Part shown: in pieces, positions 10,763-23,579 of the stretch
How positions within the stretch are numbered: the first letter of the stretch is position 1
Layout: every line of letters starts with the position of its first letter
The notes under the pieces: model-generated
Database searches by the model: none
What the model was told of the DNA's origin: nothing
Seen by the model: only the letters and a program-made list of their open reading frames with translations
Translations under genes and position numbers: made by a program
Assembly: GCF_004010195.1 (NCBI RefSeq)
Contig: NC_057752.1
Span: 12,036,771-12,091,790 of the forward strand
Direction: 5' to 3'
Source: Chiloscyllium plagiosum
Taxonomy: Eukaryota
Length of the DNA stretch: 55,020 nucleotides

Positions 10763-13700
10763 TTCTCCATATAGACTGTGGACATTACATAGAACTTCCT
10801 ATTTTCAGCAGGACAATCAAACTCTGCAGAAAATGATCATATTACGTTTCCCTGATAATTAAATGTATCTGGTGATTTGAATGTTACCAAGGGTTGCATC
10901 ACATGAACCATACAGTGCCTACTGGCTATCGATGAGCTTTTTTTTCCCAATGCAAAGCCACAGAATTTGATAGGTTAAAAAGGTTAATAGAGAGAGATTT
11001 TCAGTACTGGTCAGCCTTACAGGTAACCAACCACTACTCTCACTCAACAGAAACCACATACAAGATAAGGTTTGCATAAAGTCTGTTGATATATTTAATT
11101 AACATACAAAGTCCTGGTAATAAGTGAAAAGTATTCTTGTTAGTTGCTACTTTATCCTGAAATTCTTTAGGAGGGTGACCTAGTTAGAAAATAATTATTT
11201 CACACATCTCAATGTTGTTGGAAAATTGAACAACAGCATTGTTAAACACAGCCTGATCAGATCAAACAAACAAGCTGTGCTTTAACAAGGTATGATCACC
11301 AGACTCTCCATAGCATCACTGTCAACCCTGGGTTTTAGTTGTTTTCCCCTCACAAAGGAGGAAGGCTCTGATGAAAAATACTATGAAAAGGTTGAAGCGC
11401 ATGTCAGACCAGGCAGGTACACTGCAGTGGCTGAACAATCCTATTCAAACTCATGAACCACTGGAATAAAAAAAAGCCCTGAATTTTCAATTAACTTGAA
11501 AACCTATTCACATTTTTGTGAATATTCCAACAGTTTTTCATTCTGTTTGCATTTAATACTAAAAATCTCCACTACAGAAAATAATGAGAACATGATGTGG
11601 GAACATGCTGAGATCCAACTTGTGCATATTGACCTCGAGATTTTCATTCTAGGTATAGATAAAATGCAAGAAAACTTTAGGTATTTAGGAAAATGTTTCA
11701 CATTAAACAGTGTCACAGGACGTTGCTGAATTTCAATGTGCACTGCAACTAATTTCAGATTCCCTTCAGTGTTTAAGCATTTTTTTCTGATACCTGTTTC
11801 CTCTCCCCAAACTATTTTATCATGTTTGATAAAACTTTGGAAACAGAATTCTAAGTGTTAATTTCTATTTTATGCAAATCCATCAAAATTACTCAAATGT
11901 TTTCCAGAATTTCCAAAATTTCCAAATAAGGAAATTACCCATCTCAAATTGTTAAAGCAATAATTTATCATTTTCATGGATATTCACAGATACATCAAGA
12001 TGTACTGGCATGTATAATGTCAATTATACTTCACCAAATATTAATCTCTTTTTTTTAAACAATCTAAAACCAGTAGACTATTTCAGGTTTATGCAATAAA
12101 CAACTCTACACAAGGATGAGTGCACATTTACTGAGAACCAACCTTGCAATTTGAGGTGAGAATGCAAAAACATGTACAAGGGAAGGAAATAACAGGCATA
12201 TATTTCACTTCTCTATCTTTACCTCAAATGCAGGCGAAAGTGTGTTCCTCAAATCATTTGCACTTGCTCTAAATGATAACATAAATGATTTAAGCTAATC
12301 AATGTTTCTCCCTGATGAACACGGTCGACTAAAATAACGTTTTTATTCCGGGCGCAAGTTATCAGCACTTTTTTTTACAAGAGAAGCATCATGCAAAATG
12401 TCTCTAACTATCCAAAGCAAAAAAACATAATCATCAAATTGAAAGTGACTTGAACAAGATGCCTATTTTAATGTTCTTTTTCTCGGACGGGGAAACTCCC
12501 ATTCCATCTCCAGCTTGTTGCAGAATTACACAAATATTTGGTGTTCTTCAGTTAATATTCAAACGATATTTTAAAGGTAACAAGTTATAGGAGTAATAAT
12601 ATTCAGTGAAGAACAGTACATTTTAGATTCCAATTCCCCAGAAGTATACAAATTATATCTTACATAAGAATTCCCCCCCCCCCCCCAAATAACTCAAACA
12701 GTTGACAACAATGATGAGGACGCCCTCCTTGATGGCCATTTTGGCTGATGTAATTGAAATCCATCTCATTTAATGCTCCTCCTCATTGGTGGCTATCCAG
12801 GTGGGTGGGCCTGTAAATTCCAGCAGGCACTGTGCCCATCCACCTACCCTGCCCCATTTTACCAGTAGTAGTGTGGGGAAGGAAGATTGGGTGACCTACA
12901 CATCAATGAGCCAATGAAGGCCCTTACTGTCAAATAATGCTCACTTCAGGGCCTCATGCCACTGCCGCTGGGATTTAACCAGCAGCCCAAAAGGCACAGG
13001 CCAAGTGTTCAGCTTGGCAGCTTTCCCTGTATGGAGTGGTGGTAGGCTGGGATGGGGCACCTGGATCTATCAGGAGCTCTCCCACCTACAGGGTTTAACA
13101 CCCTCCCTCACTTCCCCTCCAATGGCATTTCTAATCCAGCTCCCCACTGTTCTTGGACAGGTCTTCCACTTGGTCTCAGCAAGACCCCTGGACTTACCAG
13201 TGGAACTTGCCGTAGGCCTTGCTTAAGCACCAGTAGTGGCCTACACTCCTAGTGGCACTGCTTGCACCACAGAGTTGCCAGATCTCTGGCTGGCAACTCT
13301 CTGAGACAGAACTTTCACTTGCTGAGGGGCAGAACTACCACCTCAAGGTCAATTAGTGGCCAACTGGCTGTTAAATGTCTGCAGAGCAGTCACTAGGAGT
13401 GAGGGCAGTCTGTGAGATACAAGGCAGTTATCTGCCTGATGTGATATATATCTGAAATCGAAGAAATGCCTCAAATTGATATGCAAGGGCCAAAGGAAAT
13501 TCTGTGTTATTATCCTAACAATCAGCCTGTGGTCATTAAGACACAGATTGAAAATCATTAAATCAATTAAACATTATACTAATTACAATAGATTATTTAC
13601 ATTTTTATATAAAGTGCATTAACAAAACATCTCTTCAAGATAACACAATTGTATTTGCAGCAATTCTCTTAAATATTTTTATGTAGTTAATATCCATTAT

Positions 13701-15134
13701 TTGTCTTAATTTTTTTTGAAAACCTCTTTGTAGTAACACACAGAGTAGAATATAACACCCTCCCCTGAGGCAGGTTTGGGGGTGGAGAGTCATTTAATCA
13801 ATTCATGGCTGCTAAAGGCCCACATTCTGCTGCTACTGGGATTCACCCAACAGGAGGCAGGATGATTGTCGTGCAGATGCTCAAAACTCAGACCTTGTAG
13901 GGTTTGTTTGTGGGCCTCCAGGAGGAGTCCATTGCTCAAAGGCCCAGTTGAGAGATGCAGCGCTGGGAAAATGTCCTGCCGACAGTCACCCTGACTCTTG
14001 CTGTCAAAATCCCCTGCTTCGTAACCCCCATCCTGTTGCCACAGATCTGGGCCATGGTTGTTGGCATTACCTGGAGCAGCCACTGCTCCTGCTGGCAACT
14101 GCTGACCAGTTCCTAACTGCTAGCCTCTGACTGATATTTAAGTTGGCAGGCCATGCCTGTCGCCTCCATTAAATGCTAGTGCCAGTAACAATTGTTTTAT
14201 CTGCAGCACTGAGGCATTCATAAGGCAAGTTCTGTTTCCACAAACGTGACATAATGACAAAGTTGTAATATTTGATGATTTAGTTTCAAGTATGCCAACT
14301 CACTCACATGCTCCAAAGTGGGCACTGTTCCCAGAAAATTACATTTAAGTTTCAACATGGAGAGTCAAATACTTATTTTGGGGGATGGAGGAGGTAGTGG
14401 TCAGATTGTGGAGTTAATAGGAGGTAGGTGATCTCCCAGAGACACTCTGGACTTTCTCTAACTCTACTCAATGTAGAGATGTGAACAGCTGCAGGGAAAA
14501 CTTAGCAGTGGGAGTTATTAATCCAATATTAATCAAACATTACAACAGACAGTTCTCAAAGTAGCATCCTTTTTCAAAATCACTTTCCAGCTACCCCTCA
14601 TTCCAACAGTGATATGCTTTTTTTTGGAAAAGAATCATCCACATGGTTTAACCATACATGCACTGGTATTAAGAATGACTGAAGAGTTGGTGATACCACA
14701 AACCCTCTGTAAGTCTAAACCAGATTGGCTACACTTTGCACTTTAAGCATTTGGCTGAATCTTCACTCTCCAATGTTTTTGGAGTTGGAAGGTCTACCTG
14801 AGTATTGTGCAAATCTGGAGCCTCAAAGTTCCTACAAGGATTACTCCATAAATATGTAAAGCTATTCTTGGAATATCATTTCTTAAACGATTTGTTTAGA
14901 AAAAGTCGAATTGACATGTGGGATTCCCAATTAATAATAAAATTCCAATCATTAAGCTGGACATCCTATGGTAATGTTAGTGAATTTTGTGGGGCGCGTT
15001 CTCCTGTGCTTTCAAGCTGCATCAACTACAGATTCCTCTAAATACATTGGAAAGCAAGTACAGTCAAGTGCAAATAAACCCGAGGCAGATAAAACCCTCC
15101 TTTTGTGCCACTTTAAATAGTGTTATGAATAGAT

Positions 15135-15394
15135 GGGCGGCACGGTGGCACAGTGGTTAGCACTGCTGCCTCACAGCGCCAGAGGCCCGGGTTCCATTCC
15201 CGCCTCAGGCGACTGACTGTGTGGAGTTTGCACCCGTAGTGTTAGGTTCAGGGGTAAATGTAGGGGAATGGGTCTGGGTGGGTTACGCTTCAGCGGGTCG
15301 GTGTGGACTTGTTGGGCCAAAGGGCCTGTTTCCACACTGTAAAGTAATCTAATCTAATCTAATCTAATCTAAAGTAATCTAATCTAATCTAATC
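15135..15394 (+). mobile_element. HE1-type tRNA-derived SINE, internally deleted
   Basis: gggcggcacggtggcacagtggttagcactgctgcctcacagcgcc head, CR1-like tail gggcc..gggcctgtttccacactgt, (AATCT)n; possible TSD TAGAT. Confidence 0.9.
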
Positions 15395-15939
15395 TAGATA
15401 CTAGTGTTCATAAGAAAATAAGTCACTTAGTTATAGTAGCATATTACCTACTGTAAACCTTTGAACAGCAATAGTCTAAATCCTTAGAAGTTAATTGAAT
15501 GATATGTTCTGAAAAATGCTTTACCAGTTAAAATTGCTGTCAGTTTATGAGCTTTTATAACATATTATCTTTAACTCATATTTTAAGATGTTTATTGGAA
15601 GCTTAAAACTTTCAAAGGACATGTTCAAGTACCTCACTGAAACTACAAGGATTTTGACCAAAACTTGACCAAGTTTGTCTTGCATCAGGTGTCAAAAGAT
15701 TTGTAATTTTTTTGTAAGAATAAGTAAGTGCCTGGTTAAGGAATTGGTTAAGGAATGATACACTTTGGAGTGACAAATCAACATCCTACACCACAAATTA
15801 TTCAGGAGTCCTATTTTCAAATTTTTCATTCCATTTCAAAGAAAATGATAAACCTCCAAACCAGTTTTGAGATAAGGGGCTAGATTTTAATTTAGTTTCA
15901 AGCATGTTGACTCATATGCTCATAGGAAGTTAGCTCAAG

Positions 15940-16200
15940 TAGAACAGAATCCATACAGTGTGGAAAGAGGCTGTTCAGCCCATTGAGTCTGCACTACACC
16001 TCCAAAGAGCATCTCATCCAAACTCTATCCCCATAACACTGCATTTAGCATGGCAAATCCACCGAACCTGGACAGCTTTGGATTGTGGGAGGAAATGGCG
16101 CACCTGGTGGAAACCCACACAGTCACCCAAGACTGGAATCAAACCCAGGTCCCTGGTGCTGTGAGACAGTAGTACTAACCACTGAGCCACCATGCCACCC
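15940..16200 (-). mobile_element. HE1-type SINE, degraded
   Basis: Reverse-complement similarity to 15135-15394. Confidence 0.8.
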
Positions 16201-16609
16201 CTCAAGTTGAAAGGTTTCATGACCCACAGATCCGCCTTGGTTTCAAGAGCACTGAATTGCATGCTTTTTCCTCCAAGGAGGCAGGCAAAAGCTGAAGTAG
16301 GCTGGTTAGAAGACCTGCCTTTGTTCGTCTGTGTTTTGTCCTAGCTTTCGTGAAACTCGTTGGTCAACCAGCCCATGCTTGCAAGTCCCAGCACAATGTG
16401 TCTAGCATTAGATGTGATGCTGCTATTGGAAATAATTTATTAAATAATCTGGATTGTGCTAAGAATTATACCTGGAAACTACTTAACATATGAGTCAGGT
16501 CACAGTGTGATGCATTTGTGTGTACTAGAAGCTATTTGTATGAACACACAGGACCTTGCTTTATGTAGGCACAAAGAATCTATCTATACATTGCATTGTT
16601 TTCGTAGAG

Positions 16610-16850
16610 ACAGCCAATCGCTGCTGCATCCCCTGACCAATCGAATCTGAGAACGAAGATTGACAGTTAACTGTTCATGCTGCCTCTCCTTGCCAATGAT
16701 GGCCCAACCAATCAGCAGCCTCTTCTCATGGTGTGTAAATTGGTGTTCTTTTCTCCCCCAATTGTTTTTTTTCTAATTCTGATGAGTGCAACTTGAAAGA
16801 CTTCAACATCTTGTGTCCTTTTAGCCAGGTTTAAGTTTTATACTGCCAAG
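16610..16850 (+). mobile_element. Old PLE pLTR-like repeat with a decayed hammerhead motif
   Basis: CCAAT boxes upstream of CTGATGA(16779-16785)-gtgcaactt-GAAA(16795-16798). Confidence 0.4.
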
Positions 16851-17829
16851 TAATTATTTCTTGCGACATTGACAAAAGAAAAGCACAGAAAAAATGTCTT
16901 ATAATCAAACGTCAATCAAACAAGATCAACAATTTACTCAACTTGTCAAATCTGCTGAGTTCACACTTTCATTAGACTCTCAGCCAAGCATGCATAACAT
17001 GGCAGGAGAGAGAAAAAAAGAAGCTGAGGCAAAGAGAAAATTTGAAGAGAAGTGCTATCCTAGTATAGAACATAGAATAGGCCCTTTGGCCCTCAATGTT
17101 GCGCCGACCTATGAACTATTCTCAGCTCGTCCCCCTACATTATCCCAAAATCACTATATTAATGCTAACCATAGTATACTGTGCAGATTCCTTCAATCTA
17201 TGTGAACCATGAGTTTTATATTTACAGTTGACTTTTTAAGAATTTGCATAAAATGCAAACTGTAAAACTTCACTTATACACTTGAGAAATAGGTGATGGC
17301 ACTAGACAGAGTAAAAGTACAGGAAAACAAATTTCATGTCGGACCACCGCCAGTAAGATACACTTAATAACATTACGTGCCAGTGTCAAGCAGTGTAACT
17401 TTTTGTTTTCTCATAACTTGCTTCAAATATAAAATGGCCTAGATTTTGCTGTAGTAATGACAAGGAAATTAGTCACTGAAACTGACAGTAAACTTGGGAG
17501 TCTAGTCATGTGTAAAATAATGTGGAAATCCAAACATTACTGTCAGTGAAAGTATGCTCCTTGATAGAGGTTTCCACAATCTTCATTGCAATTCTGAATT
17601 GATGAGAGTTTCCACTTTTATGCTGTTATCTCGTTGCAAAACGCCTTTCAAAAAATTACACCTTGCTGAATAATACATAACTAAATTTTTAAACAACATA
17701 CTAACTGCTGAATCACTACTAAATCTCTTTGCTGTTCCTTTAAAACTAATTTCATAATTGCGGCGTGAGAATTTTTTCACAATGAGGAAAAAAATCCATG
17801 TTTTTCAAAGCAAAATGCTTTTTCTTTTT

Positions 17830-18170
17830 ACTATAATTACACAGAACCTTGTGGGAAGGATGTTTCCCCGGCCTTCTTTGGGGGGGAGCTAGAACTAGGG
17901 AACACAGTCTAGGGATAAGGGCAGCGAACATAGGATTGAGATGAGGAAGACTTTCTTCAATCAGAGGGGCCAAATCCTTGGAATTCCCTACCACAGAGGC
18001 CAGTAGAGGCTCATTCACTGAGTTTATTAAAGACAGAGACTGATAAGTTGTCTAGATATTAACGATATCAAGGGACATGGAAGTAGTGCAGGAAAATGGT
18101 GATGAGGTAGAAAGACAGCCATGATCTCCTTGAATGGGGATTAAGCACAAAGGGCCGAATGCCTCTTAAA
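17830..18170 (+). mobile_element. CR1 3' fragment, old
   Basis: ttggaattccctaccacagagg, cagccatgatctccttgaatgg..gggccgaatgcct tail. Confidence 0.8.
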
Positions 18171-18849
18171 TTATCTGCTTTAAAAGTCCATTTATCTTAT
18201 TTTAGCTCTCACCATATATCACATTTAGTCGACTGCCTGAAAATGTAGAAGTGAAAATTTTTTAAGTGGTTTCAATTTCCAGCTATGCTGCATGTGAATA
18301 CTTCAATTTAATTGGTTGCCTATCTGCTTGCAGCTGCATGCCAAGACTTCAACGTTGCTTGAGGTCAGGATTAAACTGCTGTGAGGAAAGGGAAATTACC
18401 ACCACAGAGATCGCTTGATCTGTGTGGGCTATTTTCTTTTGAGCTCAATGGTAAGAAACCTTGGCTGACCACTGACCAGAAAATTGGGACACGATATAGC
18501 TAGATGCAAACAAATCAGAGCAAAGATACAAGGCTGAACTTTACAGTGGGTTTCAGGACCCATACAATGGGGTGAAAAGTGGGTTCCTCAAATCTGCATG
18601 TGCTGGCAGTGGGAATGGCTTGCAAATTTACACCAGGTGATCTTCTAATTGGCCACGTATGGACCCACTGTCTGAGTAAGGATAGCTGGCAGGCTATTGA
18701 TGCCTTTGCCCCAATCAGAAGGCTGGTGGCTTTAAAACCTCAACAGCATCATGAGGAAAAATGGACATTGTTGAAACAGACAGGAAACCACTGGGACACC
18801 TCAACAAAGATGTCCAAGGGCAGTAGCACCCGTGTGACAAAGACAAAAC

Positions 18850-19930
18850 CTCTCTGCAAGCTGTGAAGACAACATAATGAGGCTACAAAGAGATATACAT
18901 AGATTAAACAAATGGGAAAAAGTGGAATTTTCCATTTTGGCAGCAAGAATAAAAAAGAAACAGATTGATCTGGGTGTCCTGCTGCATACGTCGTGAAAGG
19001 TTAATATGCAGAGACAGCAAGTAATTAGGAAAGCTAAGAGAATGTTGTCACTTATTCCGAGTGAAAGGGTACACAAAGCTGGTGGGGGGGGGGGGGGGGG
19101 TATGTTGCACTTATAGAAGGCACAGGTGAGACCCTATCTGGAGTACTGTGTACAACATTGGTCACCTCATTTAAACCAAGGGTATAAATACGTTGGAAGT
19201 AGTTGAGGGAAGGATTACTAATGCCTGGGATAGCTGGGTGTCCTCTGAGGAAAGTTTGGACAGGCTAGGCTTGTATCCAATAGAGTTTAGAAAAGTAAGA
19301 GGCAATTGATTGAAACATTTCCTCTTATGGGAAAGTCTTGAAAGTCACCCATTTATAACAGAGATCAGGAGAAAGGTTTCCTCTCAGGGAGTTGAGACAC
19401 TTTGGAACTCTCCTCATCAAAAAGGGGGAGGTAATGGCCTAGTGGTATTATCACTGGACTGTTAAACCAGAGACCCAGGTAACATTCAGGAGACGCAGGT
19501 TTGAATCCTGTCATGGCAGATGGTGGAATTTGAATCCAATAAAAATCTGGAATTAAGAGTCTAATGATGACCATGAAATGATTGTTGGAAAAACCCATTT
19601 GGTTCACTAATGTCCTTTATGGAGGGAAACTGCCATCCTTACCTGGTCTGGTCCACATGTGACTCCAGACCCACAGCAATGTGGTTGACTCTTAACTGTC
19701 CTCTGGGTAATTAGGGATGGGCACTAACCAGTCAGTGATGCCCTCATCCAGTTTATGAGTTTTTTAAAAAAGGCGGTTGAAGCAGGGTCTTTTAAGGCAG
19801 AGTGAATAGATTTTTGATAAACAAGGGGGTGAAAGACTATCAAGGATAGGTGGGATTGTGGAATAATCAGGATCAGCCATGATCACCAAGTGGCTTCTCC
19901 TGCTCACAATTTATATGTTTGTATGGAATA
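18850..19930 (+). mobile_element. CR1 3' fragment interrupted by a SINE
   Basis: VRPYLEYCVQHWSPHL at ~19125-19175; resumes after 19770. Confidence 0.8.
19425..19770 (+). mobile_element. tRNA-derived SINE, full length
   Basis: A box tggcctagtgg, B box ggtttgaatcc; AAAAAGG on both sides within CR1. Confidence 0.85.
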
Positions 19931-21949
19931 CCATCCATGATTCCATCCCCCAACCCCCCCCCACCAACGCCATGGAACCACTAGCTCTGATGGTATCCTG
20001 GGTTGCTACAGGAAAGCCACCCTGGTAGTCACCCCTTGTGATGGGAGTTACCTTGTTAGCTCAGTCAGTATATTGGTCTGCAATTGTCCTGAGTTGTGGA
20101 AGTTAGTTGCTCGCCTCCATGTTGTAGGCAGTTGATCTGCATTGCAGCCTACCTCCTGCATGCAGCTAGGAAATGCCCTAGACAGTGTGACAGCCAAGGT
20201 GATGTCCTGACATTGCTTCTTGCTTTTGTATCAGCTTGCTGCCTCCATACCTGCCACAGAGGCATGATAACGTTCAGCCCGTTAAATTACCAATGTCAAC
20301 AATATAAAAGTTCAGGACATTCAGATGCAATAAAATCAAACCAGAAAGGCACTGCTGACTGGTTTGGAGAAAGACAAGTTAACGAGTTGGTAAGTTTGTA
20401 TGTAGGAGCAGAATTAGGCTATTCGGCCCATCGAGTCTGCTCTGCCATTCGATCATGGCTAATATACTCCTCACCCCCATTTATGGATTAAACTGGTGAA
20501 TCAATGGAGAGATAGAGAAAAAACAAACAGAGATATACAAATGTGAAACCAAACAAAATAGAACAAATAAATCCTGCTTTAGTAATTTGACAGGATAGAA
20601 AGAATCTGTAAATTTAAAAACTATGAACAGCCAAAAAAAACCAAAATGCAAGTGAAACTCAAATGATGAGTGCAGAAATTGGAAGAAAGTAGACTTAATT
20701 CAGTGAGTTCACTGTTTCAAGTGACTAGAGTCATTTAGTGCTGATTTAATAAGTCCCCCAAATGTTCAGGATGAGCATCATTAGAAATTTCGGGGTCATG
20801 CCTGCACTTGAATCACCTTTGGATTGGGAGTTTGCTAATTTGCAGCAGGAAGTTGGATTCTCTCGATGGGTTTAAATAGCTGCAGCAGCTTAAAGAGCCA
20901 AATACCACTGAGCAACTTTTGTTTCAGCAAGGAAGAGTGAAAATCATCTGAAGTCGTTGTTGAAGTACCACTTGGCCATGTGAAGCAGGCAAGCGAGGCG
21001 TTGAAAGGGTCTGACTTATGGAAACCTTCAAACTGCATCTTTCAGCAGAAGGAGATGTGCTGATTCAGTGCATCAGGGTCGAACAAGGCAATAGGAATCA
21101 ACCATAAGTTTTAAAAAATTGCAATTATAACTCTTCCCTTTCACTGTTGAAGGGTTTCAAGAGCATATAATTAATACCCAGATACTCTGCAGGGCCCCTT
21201 AGACACCTAGCCACACCTGCAAACGTTCTTTTACTCCCAGCCTTATTTGGGTGGATCCATACAAAATCCTCACGCTATCTGCAAATTCCTTGTCTAATGG
21301 ACCTGTCTCATCCCTGTCTCACTGCCTGCTGACATCTGGGTTTTACTGCATCATACAGTAACCAGAGGATATTCTTTTCACTGAAGTCATTTTTTGAAGT
21401 TAATTCAAACAGCAATTTATAACTCAACGCTCACTTTTTGCCTGAAAAAATACAGACATGATCTAGAATGAAATATGCTCAGAGATCTCCATCTGATAAA
21501 CATTTATACTCAGTGAGGATTCCAAATCCTGTGACACCCAATAACTGCCTGTTCTTGAATGGACATTGTGATATAGCTTTTCACTCAGATTAGCCAGAGG
21601 GCCAATAAAACAGAATATTAGTCTTCACTGACAGAACTCATGCTGAAACAATCAGTAATTAAGAGTACAATGGTGGACCTTAAAATTAATCAGGAATTTC
21701 ATAACTTTTGAACTAATCAGAATCCCAGGTGGGAGAGCCCAAGTATGACAGCAGTTTGAAAGATAACATGAGAGAGATAAAGCTAGAGAGGGGGAAAATG
21801 AGAGAGATGGTGAACGAGAAAGGGGGAAGCAAGAGAGAGAGAGAAAGAGAAGCTAAATCTAGACTGAATAATTTAGTGAATTTCTGGCAATTGTTGCATG
21901 TCAATATATATATACCTACAATGGGTCTGTTAGATGACAGGAAACATGA

Positions 21950-23180
21950 CCTTTGAGTATAGGAGTTGGGATGTCATATTGAGGTTGTACAGGACTTTAG
22001 TGAGGCTTCTTCTGTATGCAGTTCTGGTCACCCTGTTATAGGAAGGATATTATTAAGCTGGAGAGGGTTCGGGAAAGATTTACCAGGACGTTGCCAGGAC
22101 TGGAGGGTTTGAGTTATAGAGAGAGGCTGGGACTTTTTTCACTGGATTTGATTTGATTTATTTATTGTCATGTGTATGTTATTACAAAATACAGTGAAAA
22201 GTGTTGTATAGTGTCGCCACACTCTGGTGCCATCTTAAAACACAGAAAAAAATACCAAAACATAGAATATAAAGGCAGAAAATGACAAAATAAAGTGTTT
22301 GACTTTACAGTTCTTCTTGTTTAGTGCTCCACCACGGGCCTGGTGACCAGGCACCTCCACCAACGCCCTCATCACCATGAGTTCTTGATGAACCTCACCA
22401 ATGCAGGTGGCATTGGTGACCCAAATCTGACTCCACCGCTGCCATGTGTCCACATTGAGCCCACCTCACCGATGCAGCCATTGATGATGCCAAACCTGCC
22501 TCCACCTCCATGAATCTGCGCTGGATGCAGATGCTCCTGGGAACCCAAACTCGGCTCCACCGCAGCAGCCACGAGTCGGCGCTAGGACCATATCGATGAT
22601 GCAGACGTTGTCGGGAACCCAAACACGCCACAAATGTTGCTGCCATGAGTGGGCTCACGTGTCACCGTCAATGCCATCATGATTAAACTCTTCAACAAGA
22701 GGTAAGTAACAAAAAAAGAAGAAGAGGGAAAAGAAACAGACGGAGTAGAGGAGCTGCATGCTCAGAAGTGCTACTCCACTACTCCACTGCCAGCTTACCG
22801 GAGTGTAGGACAATGAGGGGTGACCTTAGAGAGGTTTATACAATCAAGATGGGCATAGATAAGGTGAATAGCAAAAATCTTTTCCCTAAGTTGGGGAGTT
22901 CAAAACTAGGGGGCACATTTTTAAGTTGAGAGGAGAAAATTTTAAAGAAGACATGAAGGCAATTTTCTTTACACAGGGAGTGATTTGTGCGTGGAATGAA
23001 CTTCCTGAGGAAGTGGTGGATGTGGGTACAGTTACAACGTTTCAAAGACATTGAAAGGTACATGAACAGGAAAGGTTTGGAGGGATATGGGCCAAATGCA
23101 GGCAGGTGGGACTAGTTTAGTTTGGGATTATGGTCAGCGTGGACTGGTTGGATTGTTTCCATGCTGTATGACTCTATATC
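21950..23180 (+). mobile_element. CR1 3' fragment (same subfamily as 880-1778) split by an insertion
   Basis: ggactttttTCACTGGA at ~22146 resumes as GGAGTGTAGG..gaggggtgacct at 22800; tail ctgtatgactctat. Confidence 0.9.
22147..22796 (-). mobile_element. Non-coding retroposon with a Rex1/Babar-like 3' tail
   Basis: Minus 3' end cttttcactgt..catgacaataaataaatcaaatcaaat; imperfect TSD ACTGGA/ACCGGA. Confidence 0.7.
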
Positions 23181-23579
23181 TGAAATGATTCTTAACCTAC
23201 CCCCGGGCTTCTCTGTTCAATGATAATAGTGGGTGGTTTGGAGGAGCAGTTTCAACATCCTGTGAAGTACACACAACCCTGCTCAGCTAGGCATAGATCC
23301 AGTGCATCATGAATCACTGCAAAGGCAGCTCAACCTTTACCAATAGGAGGTGTGTCCCCTGTGTCGGTATTTCCTGAGGCACTGTGGAGGTTCATGGCGG
23401 AGTCCATCCATCTCAAGTGCACCAGCCTGGCACAGGATTTTGTGTACATGAGGACCCTGTCTACATAGGACGTTGTTTCTCATCACCATGGGACTGTAAA
23501 ATCATGCCCAAGGAAGACCATTTGACCCACCTTAACTCATTCATTCAGAGAGAACTTAAAATCGGTGTGGCTTCAGACT

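Noticed and set aside
15135..15210. tRNA-like sequence with A and B boxes
   Set aside because: It is the head of an HE1 SINE continuing into a LINE-derived tail, not a tRNA gene
1..23000. Exons of a neighbouring gene such as HDAC7, expected from mammalian synteny
   Set aside because: No recognisable coding exon; small or non-coding exons cannot be excluded without transcript data
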